Part shown: one piece after another, positions 1 to 8,078 of the stretch | Position numbering within the stretch: position 1 is the stretch's first letter | How the letters are laid out: every line of letters begins with the position of its first letter | DNA from: a virus | Lineage: Duplodnaviria; Heunggongvirae; Uroviricota; Caudoviricetes | IMG/VR virus record: IMGVR_UViG_2740892028_000014 | Length of the DNA stretch: 14,469 nucleotides | Direction: 5' to 3' (one strand) | Notes under the pieces: model-generated | What the model was told of the DNA's origin: nothing | The model's input: only the letters and a program-made list of their open reading frames with translations | Databases searched by the model: none | Program-made: the position numbers and the translations under genes

Positions 1-204
1 ATGAACACCGACACTATTCCTACAAAAGGCTATATCAGACGCTTCCGCCTGGCTGAATTGCTGGGCGTTAGTGTATCCACCATCGACCGTAAAGTAAGAA
101 ACGGTTCACTACCACGTCCGGTAAAGCTGGGAGAAAAAATAACTGCGTTTGATGCGGTTGAGATTCACAACTGGCTGGCAGAACGCCGCGGGAAGGTGGC
201 CTGA
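1..204 (+). CDS. alpA: AlpA-family winged-HTH regulator (excisionase-like transcriptional activator)
   Basis: ORF track 1..204, 67 aa. Sequence pattern LAELLGVSVSTIDRKVRNGSLPRPVKLG...EIHNWL matches the AlpA/Xis-type HTH as I remember it. Stop TGA overlaps the next ATG (TGATG). Family call is from memory, not a search. Confidence 0.7.
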   Translation: MNTDTIPTKGYIRRFRLAELLGVSVSTIDRKVRNGSLPRPVKLGEKITAFDAVEIHNWLAERRGKVA

Positions 205-635
205 TGGAAAAGAAAAACCGCCCATTACAGGCGGCTAATTCAGATATTCGCGTATCTGATGTTACGCCCCTTACAAAATCCCTTCAAGAACCAAAGCGCA
301 CACCGAAAAAGCATCGTGCCAGAGTCTATATGCTGCGTACTGGTATAGAGGGATGGACAGAAAATGACATTCTTCGCTACTGCCGTCTGTCTTCTGGTCG
401 TAACTATGCAACAGAGTTAGAACGCCAGCTTGGAATCACTCTGGAGCGTATCGACGAAAAGAATCCTGATGGTATCGGAACACACCTTCGCTACCGTTTC
501 TCCTGCCGCGGTGATGTTCTGAAAGTGATCACTCATATTAACCATCTTGCGAACATAAATGATCACAACGGACTTTCTCAGCAGGAAATTGCCGACATTC
601 TGAAACTCTACCCGGACGCGTTTAACGCCGCCTAA
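204..635 (+). CDS. hypothetical protein, 143 aa
   Basis: ORF track 204..635; start overlaps the alpA stop (translational coupling). Codon usage looks ordinary. No recognisable motif. Confidence 0.6.
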   Translation: MEKKNRPLQAANSDIRVSDVTPLTKSLQEPKRTPKKHRARVYMLRTGIEGWTENDILRYCRLSSGRNYATELERQLGITLERIDEKNPDGIGTHLRYRFSCRGDVLKVITHINHLANINDHNGLSQQEIADILKLYPDAFNAA

Positions 636-647
636 CGGAGACTGAAA

Positions 648-1481
648 ATGAACATCGAAAAAAGCAGATTAATTTCTGAGGCCGCCCCTCATCTGAACGC
701 CTCTCTGGGCACAATTAACGGTAATGAATTTGCCGCAATTGTCCCGGTTATTCCTGGTCATATCGGTGGGCGTGAAACCAATATTGTTAGCGCAAAAGCG
801 TTGCACAAAGCGTTGGGCGTGGGAAAAGACTTCTCTACATGGATCACTGATCGCATCTCTGAATATGACTTCACCATTGGGCACGATTACTCAGTCCATA
901 AAACAATTTCCCCAAATTTGGGGAAAAGCCCGAATGGCGCGGCTTACAGCAAGATTAAGCAGTCTGGCAGACCCGGCAAAGACTATCTGTTAAGTGTCGG
1001 AATGGCGAAAGAACTGGCAATGATCGAACGCAATGATCAGGGTCGCGCTATCCGTCGTTATTTCATCCAGTGCGAGGAAGAATTACAGCGTAGCGTGCCT
1101 GAAATCGCCGCCCGCTATCGTCGCCAGCTAAAAGCCCGTATCAGTGCCGCAAACAACTTTAAGCCAATGTGCGATGCGCTGAATATGGCCCGTGCCGAGA
1201 CGGGGAAAACGACGCAGCAACACCACTACACAAACGAGAGCAATATGATTTCTCGTATCGTTCTTGGTGGGCTAACTGCTAAGCAGTGGGCGCGGATAAA
1301 TGGCTATTCTGGCGAACCTCGCGACCATATGAACGCAGAACAGCTTGAGCACCTCTCATATCTCGAAAGCACCAATATCACGTTAATTGATATGGGCATG
1401 GAATATGAGCAGCGCAAAGGAGAACTCACCCGCCTGTCGCAACGCTGGCTCGCCAAGCGTCTGGAGGCGGTCCATGTTTAA
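648..1481 (+). CDS. phage antirepressor-like regulatory protein (Rha/Ant/Bro-N-type N-terminal domain), 277 aa
   Basis: ORF track 648..1481. GGAG about 9 nt upstream of the ATG. N-terminal region (IVSAKALHKALGVGKDFSTWITDRI...DYLLSVGMAKELAMIERNDQGRAIRRYFIQ) resembles phage antirepressor DNA-binding domains. Domain family recalled, not searched. Confidence 0.6.
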   Translation: MNIEKSRLISEAAPHLNASLGTINGNEFAAIVPVIPGHIGGRETNIVSAKALHKALGVGKDFSTWITDRISEYDFTIGHDYSVHKTISPNLGKSPNGAAYSKIKQSGRPGKDYLLSVGMAKELAMIERNDQGRAIRRYFIQCEEELQRSVPEIAARYRRQLKARISAANNFKPMCDALNMARAETGKTTQQHHYTNESNMISRIVLGGLTAKQWARINGYSGEPRDHMNAEQLEHLSYLESTNITLIDMGMEYEQRKGELTRLSQRWLAKRLEAVHV

Positions 1482-1656
1482 GCCGACAGGAACACCACAA
1501 CCTCAAAAACGCTACAAAGATGCCCACGGAGCACTCGTTACTGTCGAAAGCGTGTCTCACAACCGAGTGACGTTTTATCGCGACGGGTATCAATCGCCAT
1601 GCGTACAACCGCTGGCGCGCTTCATGAAGGAGTTCGCGGAGGTTAACAAATGCTAA
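1474..1656 (+). CDS. small hypothetical protein, 60 aa (internal ATG of track ORF 1387..1656)
   Basis: ATG at 1474 overlaps the stop of the preceding gene (ATGTTTAA); its own stop overlaps the next ATG at 1650. Fits the coupled-gene pattern of the operon. Confidence 0.45.
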   Translation: MFKPTGTPQPQKRYKDAHGALVTVESVSHNRVTFYRDGYQSPCVQPLARFMKEFAEVNKC

Positions 1657-2717
1657 CCGTCCAGAAGAAGATATTTTCACTGGCTGGTATGTCGCCAAAA
1701 TCCAGCAATATGACGGCAAAATCAGTTATTAATACAGCAGATACAAGCAAAGTTTATCATTTGCTGGTGGTCGGAACGGATGCCTTAACCATACCAGAAA
1801 TCTCGGGCGATGATATTAGCATTGAGAAGGTCAGCGGCTGCGCCAGAAAATTTCTGGTCGTAGATGATGTCTTCCGCTCGTGTAGTGACTCCACAAAAAC
1901 ATTCGTCCACGCGCGTGACGTTAACGAAATGAGCGCGATGTACTGTGCTTCTGGTTCTTCCAATAGTGAGTTTTCGGAGTCCATAAAAAAGAGCTTGCCG
2001 TTATGCGGCAACACGGTTTATGGTTATAAGGCACCTCATAAAACGGGTGCCGGGATTGGCGTCCTGAAAATTCTGAAGGCGACATATGACGCGCCGAGCG
2101 TCTTTTTTTATGTCGTAGGTCTGACTCACCCATTTTTTGGGCGTTGGTGTATAATCCAGCGCCTTTGTCAATCAATGGTGGCTCAGGCGGGGGCTTCTTC
2201 GGAAGCGCCGGTATCCTTCAGAGCCGGTTACGCCAACCCTGTCTGGGCTACCACCAGCGAAATTGGCGTTTCCGGTGGTAGCGTAACCTGCTATCTGAAG
2301 GAGGCTGCCACATGCTGGCTACTACCCCTACCCAAAAACCGCAATTTATCTGGATTATCGCCGCAGTTCGCCGCGATTGCCCGACAATTACCGCCAAAAT
2401 TCATCATATTGCTGCCGAGTCTGAACGCGATGCTCGCCGTTCTCTGGTGCGCGATCACGTCTGCTTTTTTGCTGGTCGTATCCGCATGGAGGTGGCACAT
2501 GATTAAAACCTACGATGTGCATATGGATCCCCTCGAACGCACAAGCCAGATCATCACACTGACAGAAGTGATTAACGACATTCTGGTGAGCAACTCTCCC
2601 TCACGAGACGAAAGACTGAAGGCGTTACTCGCGATATTGGATCTCGCCGTTCGTGACGTTCATTTCCTGCTGGAAGGTGGACAAATGCCATGCAAAACGG
2701 GGGCAACCAATGAATAA
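1650..2717 (+). CDS. hypothetical protein; open frame of 355 aa, probably composite (see 2312..2506 and 2499..2717)
   Basis: ORF track 1650..2717. The 5' two thirds have ordinary codon usage. Between about 2300 and 2500 this frame is rich in rare codons (CTA, TTA, ATA, AGG) while another frame looks coding. True 3' end is uncertain. Confidence 0.35.
   Translation: MLTVQKKIFSLAGMSPKSSNMTAKSVINTADTSKVYHLLVVGTDALTIPEISGDDISIEKVSGCARKFLVVDDVFRSCSDSTKTFVHARDVNEMSAMYCASGSSNSEFSESIKKSLPLCGNTVYGYKAPHKTGAGIGVLKILKATYDAPSVFFYVVGLTHPFFGRWCIIQRLCQSMVAQAGASSEAPVSFRAGYANPVWATTSEIGVSGGSVTCYLKEAATCWLLPLPKNRNLSGLSPQFAAIARQLPPKFIILLPSLNAMLAVLWCAITSAFLLVVSAWRWHMIKTYDVHMDPLERTSQIITLTEVINDILVSNSPSRDERLKALLAILDLAVRDVHFLLEGGQMPCKTGATNE
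2312..2506 (+). CDS. small hypothetical protein, 64 aa (alternative frame inside 1650..2717)
   Basis: ORF track 2312..2506. Strong Shine-Dalgarno AAGGAGG 7 nt upstream of the ATG. Good codon usage. Stop overlaps the ATG at 2499 (ATGATTAA). Confidence 0.45.
   Translation: MLATTPTQKPQFIWIIAAVRRDCPTITAKIHHIAAESERDARRSLVRDHVCFFAGRIRMEVAHD
2499..2717 (+). CDS. small hypothetical protein, 72 aa ([17 protein letters not shown]...)
   Basis: ATG at 2499 preceded by GGAGGTGG. Same frame as the 3' end of track ORF 1650..2717. Stop at 2715-2717 overlaps the next ATG. Confidence 0.45.
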   Translation: MIKTYDVHMDPLERTSQIITLTEVINDILVSNSPSRDERLKALLAILDLAVRDVHFLLEGGQMPCKTGATNE

Positions 2718-2904
2718 CTCAATTAATACCCCTCGCCTTACGTCCGCACTTCAATTAATCGAGCAAGCAGCGGCTGTCCTGGTTGCTGTCAGTCTTTCGG
2801 CTGAAGAAATGGACGCTGCTGATGTCGTGGATGCGATTAAAGCGTGCTCATCTTTGGTTAACGATGCCCGTGCAGAGCTGGTAATTCTTGGTGGTGAAAA
2901 ATGA
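2710..2904 (+). CDS. small hypothetical protein, 64 aa ([10 protein letters not shown]...)
   Basis: Internal ATG of track ORF 2653..2904, chosen because it overlaps the upstream stop (ATGAATAA). Stop overlaps the next start (ATGA). Confidence 0.5.
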   Translation: MNNSINTPRLTSALQLIEQAAAVLVAVSLSAEEMDAADVVDAIKACSSLVNDARAELVILGGEK

Positions 2905-3164
2905 ATATCAACTTAATTTATCGTCATCCGTGTGAGCTGGAAATTGAATCATTGCTGGGGCGCGAAGAGCCATATCCAGACACATTCACTCCCGCAGATT
3001 GCGCGACTGAACGGCTTACCAGAGCGCGCACAGGTCTGGTTCATGTGATGAATGAGATTATTCCCTCGGTGGGAGGGGAACAGGCGACAGTAATCAATAG
3101 CTGGCTACAAAAAGTTACCTCCCTGATAGATATCAGTTTAATCGATGTGGAGAGTGCGAAATGA
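2901..3164 (+). CDS. small hypothetical protein, 87 aa
   Basis: ORF track 2901..3164. ATGA overlaps at both ends; GGTGGTGA upstream of the start. Confidence 0.55.
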   Translation: MNINLIYRHPCELEIESLLGREEPYPDTFTPADCATERLTRARTGLVHVMNEIIPSVGGEQATVINSWLQKVTSLIDISLIDVESAK

Positions 3165-3382
3165 CCAACATCCAGCTCATTGAAGCGCAATGTCGCATCG
3201 AACAGGTTCAGACTGTTTTAGGGTTCTGGCTTGAAGGGGCCAGCCCCAGCAACAGAGACAAGTTAATGATTGGCGCGGTTATGTCACTGCTCAATGGCGT
3301 ACCAGAAGCTATTCAGGAAGCAGACGAATTGTTGGGCAAATATGAGTTACAGAATCATTCAGGCGAGGCGAAACATGAATAA
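3161..3382 (+). CDS. small hypothetical protein, 73 aa
   Basis: ORF track 3161..3382. ATGA overlap with the upstream gene; stop overlaps the ATG at 3375. Confidence 0.55.
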   Translation: MTNIQLIEAQCRIEQVQTVLGFWLEGASPSNRDKLMIGAVMSLLNGVPEAIQEADELLGKYELQNHSGEAKHE

Positions 3383-3977
3383 TTTCTTAACCTTCCATGC
3401 AGAAGCAACGCCTGACGGCGTAAACATCATGCACCGCAGCAACGATGGCATGACAGAACGCGTTGAGACCGTCTCATATATTGATGCCGTAAATCGTCTG
3501 GATGCCGGGGATTATGACGATAAACCAGATGAAGGCATGTTTATACATCTCGCTATTGCCAGTGGCGGCAACCAGGGATATTTCGATTACACATCACAGC
3601 ATCACGTGATTATGTGGCGCTGGCTGATAGCAACAGCATTCATCAATGAAATGAGAAAGGAAAACGGCACCGTCAGCATTATTGATGACAGTGGCAATCA
3701 TTCCGTGGTTTCTGTTTATTCCAATGGCATCGTCGCCATGCCGCTGTATCCAGTAGCAGAGCGCCTCGCTATGGCAAACAACATTGAGGGCGCAATGATC
3801 GAGAAATATGGTGTTGATGTCGGAACAAAGAATGCCATCATTTTTTACAGCAACATGTTCGATGTCGAACAGGGAACACTCACTTCGTTTGGGCGAGAAG
3901 TGCTTGCCGATCTTCACAACAGCTTTATTGCCGAACTAAACGAAAACGGCATCCCAGAAGCACCAGTGACGCACTAA
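3375..3977 (+). CDS. hypothetical protein, 200 aa (MNNFLTFHAEATPDG...)
   Basis: Same frame as track ORF 3270..3977, but the ATG at 3375 overlaps the upstream stop (ATGAATAA) and has AGGCGAGG upstream. The 3270 start would overlap the previous gene by about 110 nt. Confidence 0.6.
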   Translation: MNNFLTFHAEATPDGVNIMHRSNDGMTERVETVSYIDAVNRLDAGDYDDKPDEGMFIHLAIASGGNQGYFDYTSQHHVIMWRWLIATAFINEMRKENGTVSIIDDSGNHSVVSVYSNGIVAMPLYPVAERLAMANNIEGAMIEKYGVDVGTKNAIIFYSNMFDVEQGTLTSFGREVLADLHNSFIAELNENGIPEAPVTH

Positions 3978-3989
3978 ACGGGGGCCAGA

Positions 3990-6341
3990 ATGCGAAACAT
4001 TGATCTTATCCGTCAGGTTATCAGTGCGTCTGAAAACAACTGGCCTCATGTGCTGGGCTGCCTGAACATAAATGTCCCTGACTCTCCGCGCCGTCATGCT
4101 CCCTGCCCTGCATGTGGGGGCAAAGATCGATTCCGGTTCGACGACAACGGGCGCGGTAGCTTCATCTGTAATCAGTGCGGCGCTGGTGATGGGCTGGATT
4201 TAATTAAACGCGTAAATAACTGCGACACAACAGAGGCGGCGCTGCTTGCCGCTGATGTTCTGGGTATTGATTACCGGACAACGGAAACACCAGAAGCCAC
4301 CAGCCAGAAACGGGAACAACTGGAAACCGAGCGCCAGCGACGCGAACAGGAGCGCCTGAAAAGGGCAGAGAAGGACGAACAACAAAGACGGGATACGTTT
4401 TCCCGTCAGTTTGATGACATGCGCAGAAAGGCTGTAAACGGCAAATCTGATTATCTGGTTGCGAAAGGGGTAGGTGATTTTACATTCCCCGTGTTGCCCG
4501 ATGGATCTCTGTTGCTGGCGCTGGTGGATAAATCCGGCGCAGTCACAGCAGCACAGACTATTACCTCACATGGTGAAAAAAGACTCCTGACAGGTTCGGC
4601 AAAGCAGGGGGCATATCACGCCATAAACGCACAGAAACGACCTCACAGCATCATAATTGCTGAGGGGGTGGCTACCGCCCTGTCGTGCCATTTAATTCGC
4701 CCTGACGCAATGACAGTGGCAGCAATCGACGCTGGCAACCTGTTGCCAGTAGCGGAAGTCATGTGCAGAACATATCCACAGGCACAAATCATCATTGCCG
4801 CAGATAACGATCACCAGCAAGGAAACTCCGAAAGTGGAGGGATCAACACGGGGAAAGATGCCGCAGAGAGGGCCGCTATTTCCGTAGCTGGCTGGGTGTC
4901 TCTGCCACCGACTGACTATAAAGCCGACTGGAACGACTATCACCAACAACACGGGCTGGCGGCAGCCACAGCAGCATTTAAAGATTCGATGTACCAGCCA
5001 CGGGGGAAAGGGGCGCAGGTGAAAAATCACAAACAGCCAGTCGGGGCGCTGAATGAGATCAGTTCTGGCGAGGTGTTAAGCGATGATGAAATTGCTGTCC
5101 TCGAAGAAATCAACCGGACGTTTACGCATGTCACCATTGGCGGGAAACACAAGGTGGTGTCGCTAAAGCCTTCTCAAACCGGCGGTGTATCGCACGTTTT
5201 CGAGGATTTATCACAATTTCAGCATTATTTTCATCATAAACCGAGAGTCGCCAGAAAGCTGGCGGGATCGGCGTGGCTGTCATGGAGTGGGAAGAACTAC
5301 AAGCCAGGAGGCGTAGGATTTTATCCAGTACCAGACAAATGCCCTGACGATGTTTTTAATCTGTATGAGGGGCTGGCACTGGAACCAATTGAAGGAGATT
5401 GCACGGTATACCTTAATCACCTGTTGCAGGTTGTCTGTGCCGGTAATGAAGAGGCATACCAATATCTTATCCAGTGGATGGCGCACATTATCCAAAAGCC
5501 TGATGAAAAACCGTCCGTGGCAATCGTGATGAAATCTGTCCCGGGCACAGGGAAAGGCACAACGGTTAAACCGCTGCTGCAAATACTGGGGCAGTACGCC
5601 GCCCACATTAACGGGGCGGGACATATTTCAGGGCGCTTCAATTCAATACTTGCTAACAAGCTACTGGTATTTGCTGACGAAGTGACGATCCACAAGCCGT
5701 CTGAAGCTGACAGACTTAAAGCGATTATTAGCGAACCGACGTTTAACCTTGAGCGCAAGGGAATTGATGCTGAACCAATGCCGAATTTTGCCCGGTTGAT
5801 ATTTGCCAGTAACAGCACACAGGTATTACAGGCAGGGATAAGAGAGCGCCGCTATCTCGTGCTTGAGCCATCTCCTGAAAAAGCACAGAGCCGGGAGTAT
5901 TTTGATCGGCTGTACAGTTGGCTTAATGATGGCGGTGCCGCAAAGTTGCTTTGGCATCTTAAAGGGGTGGATCTCTCAGGTTTTGACCCTCAACGAGCGC
6001 CACAGACCGATGCCTTACGTGAAGAAATCTTGCTGGGGCTGTCTGGCGTTGAATTGTTTCTTTATGGCGAGCTAATCAATGAACCTCCGTTTAATGGCGA
6101 AGTCCGTTTGTTTGCAAAGGATATGGTTAGTCGATTTGTAGCGTGGTCGCTTGAGCGTGGGGAAAAGCTTAAAGAGCCAGCAGCCAGATCACTACTGGGT
6201 AAATCACTTGCACAAATGGGGCTGGTGAAGCATGGAAGACCAGACCGAGGGAATGGCGTGTTCTACGAACTACCAGAGGTCGGAGTTCTACAGGCTGCGT
6301 TTGCCCGTCTGATCGGTATGGGGGGTTATGATGTTTTTTAA
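3990..6341 (+). CDS. DNA primase-helicase, P4 alpha / D5-like: zinc ribbon + Toprim primase + P-loop NTPase
   Basis: ORF track 3990..6341, 783 aa. Zinc-ribbon motif CPACGGKDRFRF...FICNQCG near the N-terminus. Toprim-like acidic motifs IIIAEGVATA and IIIAADNDHQQ. Walker A VMKSVPGTGKGT and Walker B LLVFADEV in the C-terminal half. ACGGGGG upstream of the ATG. Confidence 0.9.
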   Translation: MRNIDLIRQVISASENNWPHVLGCLNINVPDSPRRHAPCPACGGKDRFRFDDNGRGSFICNQCGAGDGLDLIKRVNNCDTTEAALLAADVLGIDYRTTETPEATSQKREQLETERQRREQERLKRAEKDEQQRRDTFSRQFDDMRRKAVNGKSDYLVAKGVGDFTFPVLPDGSLLLALVDKSGAVTAAQTITSHGEKRLLTGSAKQGAYHAINAQKRPHSIIIAEGVATALSCHLIRPDAMTVAAIDAGNLLPVAEVMCRTYPQAQIIIAADNDHQQGNSESGGINTGKDAAERAAISVAGWVSLPPTDYKADWNDYHQQHGLAAATAAFKDSMYQPRGKGAQVKNHKQPVGALNEISSGEVLSDDEIAVLEEINRTFTHVTIGGKHKVVSLKPSQTGGVSHVFEDLSQFQHYFHHKPRVARKLAGSAWLSWSGKNYKPGGVGFYPVPDKCPDDVFNLYEGLALEPIEGDCTVYLNHLLQVVCAGNEEAYQYLIQWMAHIIQKPDEKPSVAIVMKSVPGTGKGTTVKPLLQILGQYAAHINGAGHISGRFNSILANKLLVFADEVTIHKPSEADRLKAIISEPTFNLERKGIDAEPMPNFARLIFASNSTQVLQAGIRERRYLVLEPSPEKAQSREYFDRLYSWLNDGGAAKLLWHLKGVDLSGFDPQRAPQTDALREEILLGLSGVELFLYGELINEPPFNGEVRLFAKDMVSRFVAWSLERGEKLKEPAARSLLGKSLAQMGLVKHGRPDRGNGVFYELPEVGVLQAAFARLIGMGGYDVF

Positions 6342-6370
6342 TATAGTCTTTTTACAAGAAGATCGTTTTT

Positions 6371-6476
6371 ACCTGTACCACCTATACCACTTTGCTAATT
6401 CAGTATTAAAAACAGTGCGTTATAGTGGTACAGGTCAATATCTTACCTATACCAGACCTGTACCACCTATACCATT
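6371..6476. repeat. iteron array I (putative replication origin): ACCTGTACCACCTATACCA units, both orientations
   Basis: Near-identical 19-20 bp units at 6371-6390 and 6457-6475, inverted copy TGGTACAGGTC at 6426-6436, AT-rich spacer between. Lies just downstream of the primase gene. Confidence 0.6.
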
Positions 6477-6517
6477 AACAAACGCATTTCTTCTGGCTGG
6501 CTGAGAGGAAACAACCA

Positions 6518-6748
6518 ATGATGAGCACACCATTTTACAAAGTGCGCCAGTTAGCTTCTTCCTCTGGCTGGCAGCTACGGTTTGAGGGGCGTTCAGACTG
6601 GCTACCCATTGCGGCATGGGCGAATGTTGAAATGTGTATTGACGGCGATACCGTTGAAATCATTATTCCCTGCGTGGCAAGTCGGGACGGCTGTATAGAG
6701 CCAACAGATATGGCAGCAGAAATCAGAGAGGTAAAACATGAACAATAA
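6518..6748 (+). CDS. hypothetical protein, 76 aa
   Basis: ORF track 6518..6748. GAGGAAA upstream of the ATG. 11-nt overlap with the next gene. Confidence 0.5.
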   Translation: MMSTPFYKVRQLASSSGWQLRFEGRSDWLPIAAWANVEMCIDGDTVEIIIPCVASRDGCIEPTDMAAEIREVKHEQ

Positions 6749-7475
6749 CTATTGCATACCGCAGGGAATGACCAGAACGGAGCGCGAAGAATTAAAAAGT
6801 TTCGCTACACAGTGCGGGAATGCTGGCGACATCCAAAGTCTGGAACGCACTTTAATTATGATTGCGCACTGGATGCGCCAGGGGCAAAGGGTTTCATTTA
6901 CTGAATATGCCAGCCAGTGGACAGAGGCACAGCGCGAACGGAGCGACGGTAATCACTCAACACCCGAAATGGCGAAGCAATGGCCTTTCAGTGGTAAAAG
7001 CTGTATCAGTCCCGGTGGTTCAGATTATTACCCTGCAGGTGTGGGAGATAAGCCATGTTGTGACGAGACTGAAATCCGCCACGCAGTGACAGTAATTACC
7101 GCTGAATACCCACAATTTAACCTTGACGGACTGGCGCTCCACAACCGGAATGCGGACTGGGAAAACCCGCTTGATAACCCGTCATTTATCGTATCGGCGA
7201 AAAGCTGCCTGAGATGGATCAGAGACAACGGGATGAGTAATGCCCAGATTGAGAGCTTCCCGCAGGATAACCCCACATCTGACATGTTGAAGCATGAAGT
7301 GGAGCGATATAACCAGATAAACCACCAGCACAGTGATCACCCGCACTATATCCCCAACGGAGCATTTATTGCGGCGATGGTGGCAAGCGGCTACAAGGTT
7401 AAGCCAGCGGGAAGAATGAACGCATTTTTCAATATTTCAAAAAAGGGATTATGTGCTGCTATGGGTAAAAATTAA
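6738..7475 (+). CDS. hypothetical protein, 245 aa, Cys/His-containing (CCDE, HQHSDHPHY)
   Basis: ORF track 6738..7475. AGAGAGG upstream of the ATG. No recognisable catalytic motif. Confidence 0.55.
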   Translation: MNNNYCIPQGMTRTEREELKSFATQCGNAGDIQSLERTLIMIAHWMRQGQRVSFTEYASQWTEAQRERSDGNHSTPEMAKQWPFSGKSCISPGGSDYYPAGVGDKPCCDETEIRHAVTVITAEYPQFNLDGLALHNRNADWENPLDNPSFIVSAKSCLRWIRDNGMSNAQIESFPQDNPTSDMLKHEVERYNQINHQHSDHPHYIPNGAFIAAMVASGYKVKPAGRMNAFFNISKKGLCAAMGKN

Positions 7476-7480
7476 ATAAA

Positions 7481-7585
7481 TGGTACAGGTCTGTACAGGT
7501 GGGGAGAGGTCATTTTTACCCACCTGTACCACCTGCAGGCCTCGCCACACAAGGGTTTGTGACATGGTGGTACAGGTGGTACAGC
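7481..7585. repeat. iteron array II: GGTACAGGT/ACCTGTACC units related to array I
   Basis: GGTACAGGT at 7482-7490, CTGTACAGGTGG at 7491-7502, inverted CACCTGTACCACCTG at 7521-7535, GGTGGTACAGGTGGTACAG at 7567-7584. Same core as 6371-6476. Confidence 0.6.
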
Positions 7586-7738
7586 AAAAACAGCGATTTT
7601 CTTTATAAGGTATGTTTTGCTCATCTGGCAGACGGAGGTATTCGCTGCGGTTTGGCACATAGCCCAGAACAGCAAAGAGTTTTACGAGACTTTTGTAAAA
7701 TCCAGTGTACAAGGGGCGTGACGTTTTTGAAGGTGAGC

Positions 7739-7757
7739 ACTACGAAATTTTCGTAGT
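7739..7757. promoter_or_regulatory. 19-bp palindrome ACTACGAAA-T-TTTCGTAGT, operator-like
   Basis: Perfect 9-bp inverted arms with a 1-nt spacer inside the untranslated region upstream of the 8079 operon. Binding protein unknown. Confidence 0.3.
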
Positions 7758-7950
7758 TCAAAAAATAGCCTCTGAGATGTTGTTATGCCTGTTCAGCAAA
7801 CCATCCGCATAGATGATCGCGAATCAAATTACCAATGGAGCAAGAAGCAAGGGCAGAACTGAAAAGCGCCTGCCGTGAAGAGTAATGCGACACCATAAAT
7901 ATAGTTTTTAGAGTCCATAAAAAACCTGTCAAAACCTGACACACAGAACG

Positions 7951-7984
7951 ATGCCACCAGCTACTGAGCGGTGGCATTTTCTTG
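7951..7984 (+). terminator. rho-independent terminator-like hairpin
   Basis: ATGCCACC (7951-7958) pairs with GGTGGCAT (7970-7977); loop of about 11 nt; followed by TTTTCTT. Loop is long for a canonical terminator. Confidence 0.45.
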
Positions 7985-8045
7985 TGCTATTCGTTTCACA
8001 TTTTGCAATGAACATGATGAATATTGCGATTTGTGAAACTATAAT
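7983..8045 (+). promoter_or_regulatory. promoter of the 8079 operon: consensus -10 TATAAT (8040-8045), poor -35, upstream TGT-N12-ACA dyad (7983-8000)
   Basis: Perfect TATAAT. The hexamer 17 bp upstream is ATGAAT. Dyad TGT GCTATTCGTTTC ACA lies about 50 bp upstream of the -10 centre. Interpretation as activator-dependent is inference. Confidence 0.4.
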
Positions 8046-8078
8046 GACTGTTGTTTTATACAGTTCTAAGGGGGCGTT

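Noticed and set aside
669-993. ORFs 669..884 (-) and 724..993 (+) inside the antirepressor-like gene
   Set aside because: They overlap a gene with a good ribosome-binding site and a recognisable domain; their translations look like frame noise.
3270-3374. N-terminal extension of ORF 3270..3977
   Set aside because: It would overlap the preceding gene by about 110 nt in another frame. The ATG at 3375 fits the ATGAATAA coupling pattern used throughout the operon.
4200-6075. Track ORFs overlapping the primase gene (4200..4385 -, 4692..5030 -, 5280..5624 -, 5417..5818 -, 5863..6075 +)
   Set aside because: All lie inside a well-supported 783-aa gene with clear motifs and have Cys/Arg-rich, implausible translations.
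7499-7756. GTG-initiated 85-aa ORF across iteron array II
   Set aside because: It starts inside the iteron repeats, its translation is dominated by repeat-derived PPVPP/WWYRWY peptides, and there is no ribosome-binding site.
7783-7977. Minus-strand 64-aa ORF upstream of the 8079 operon
   Set aside because: It overlaps the terminator hairpin and begins inside it; Trp/Cys-rich translation; no ribosome-binding site.
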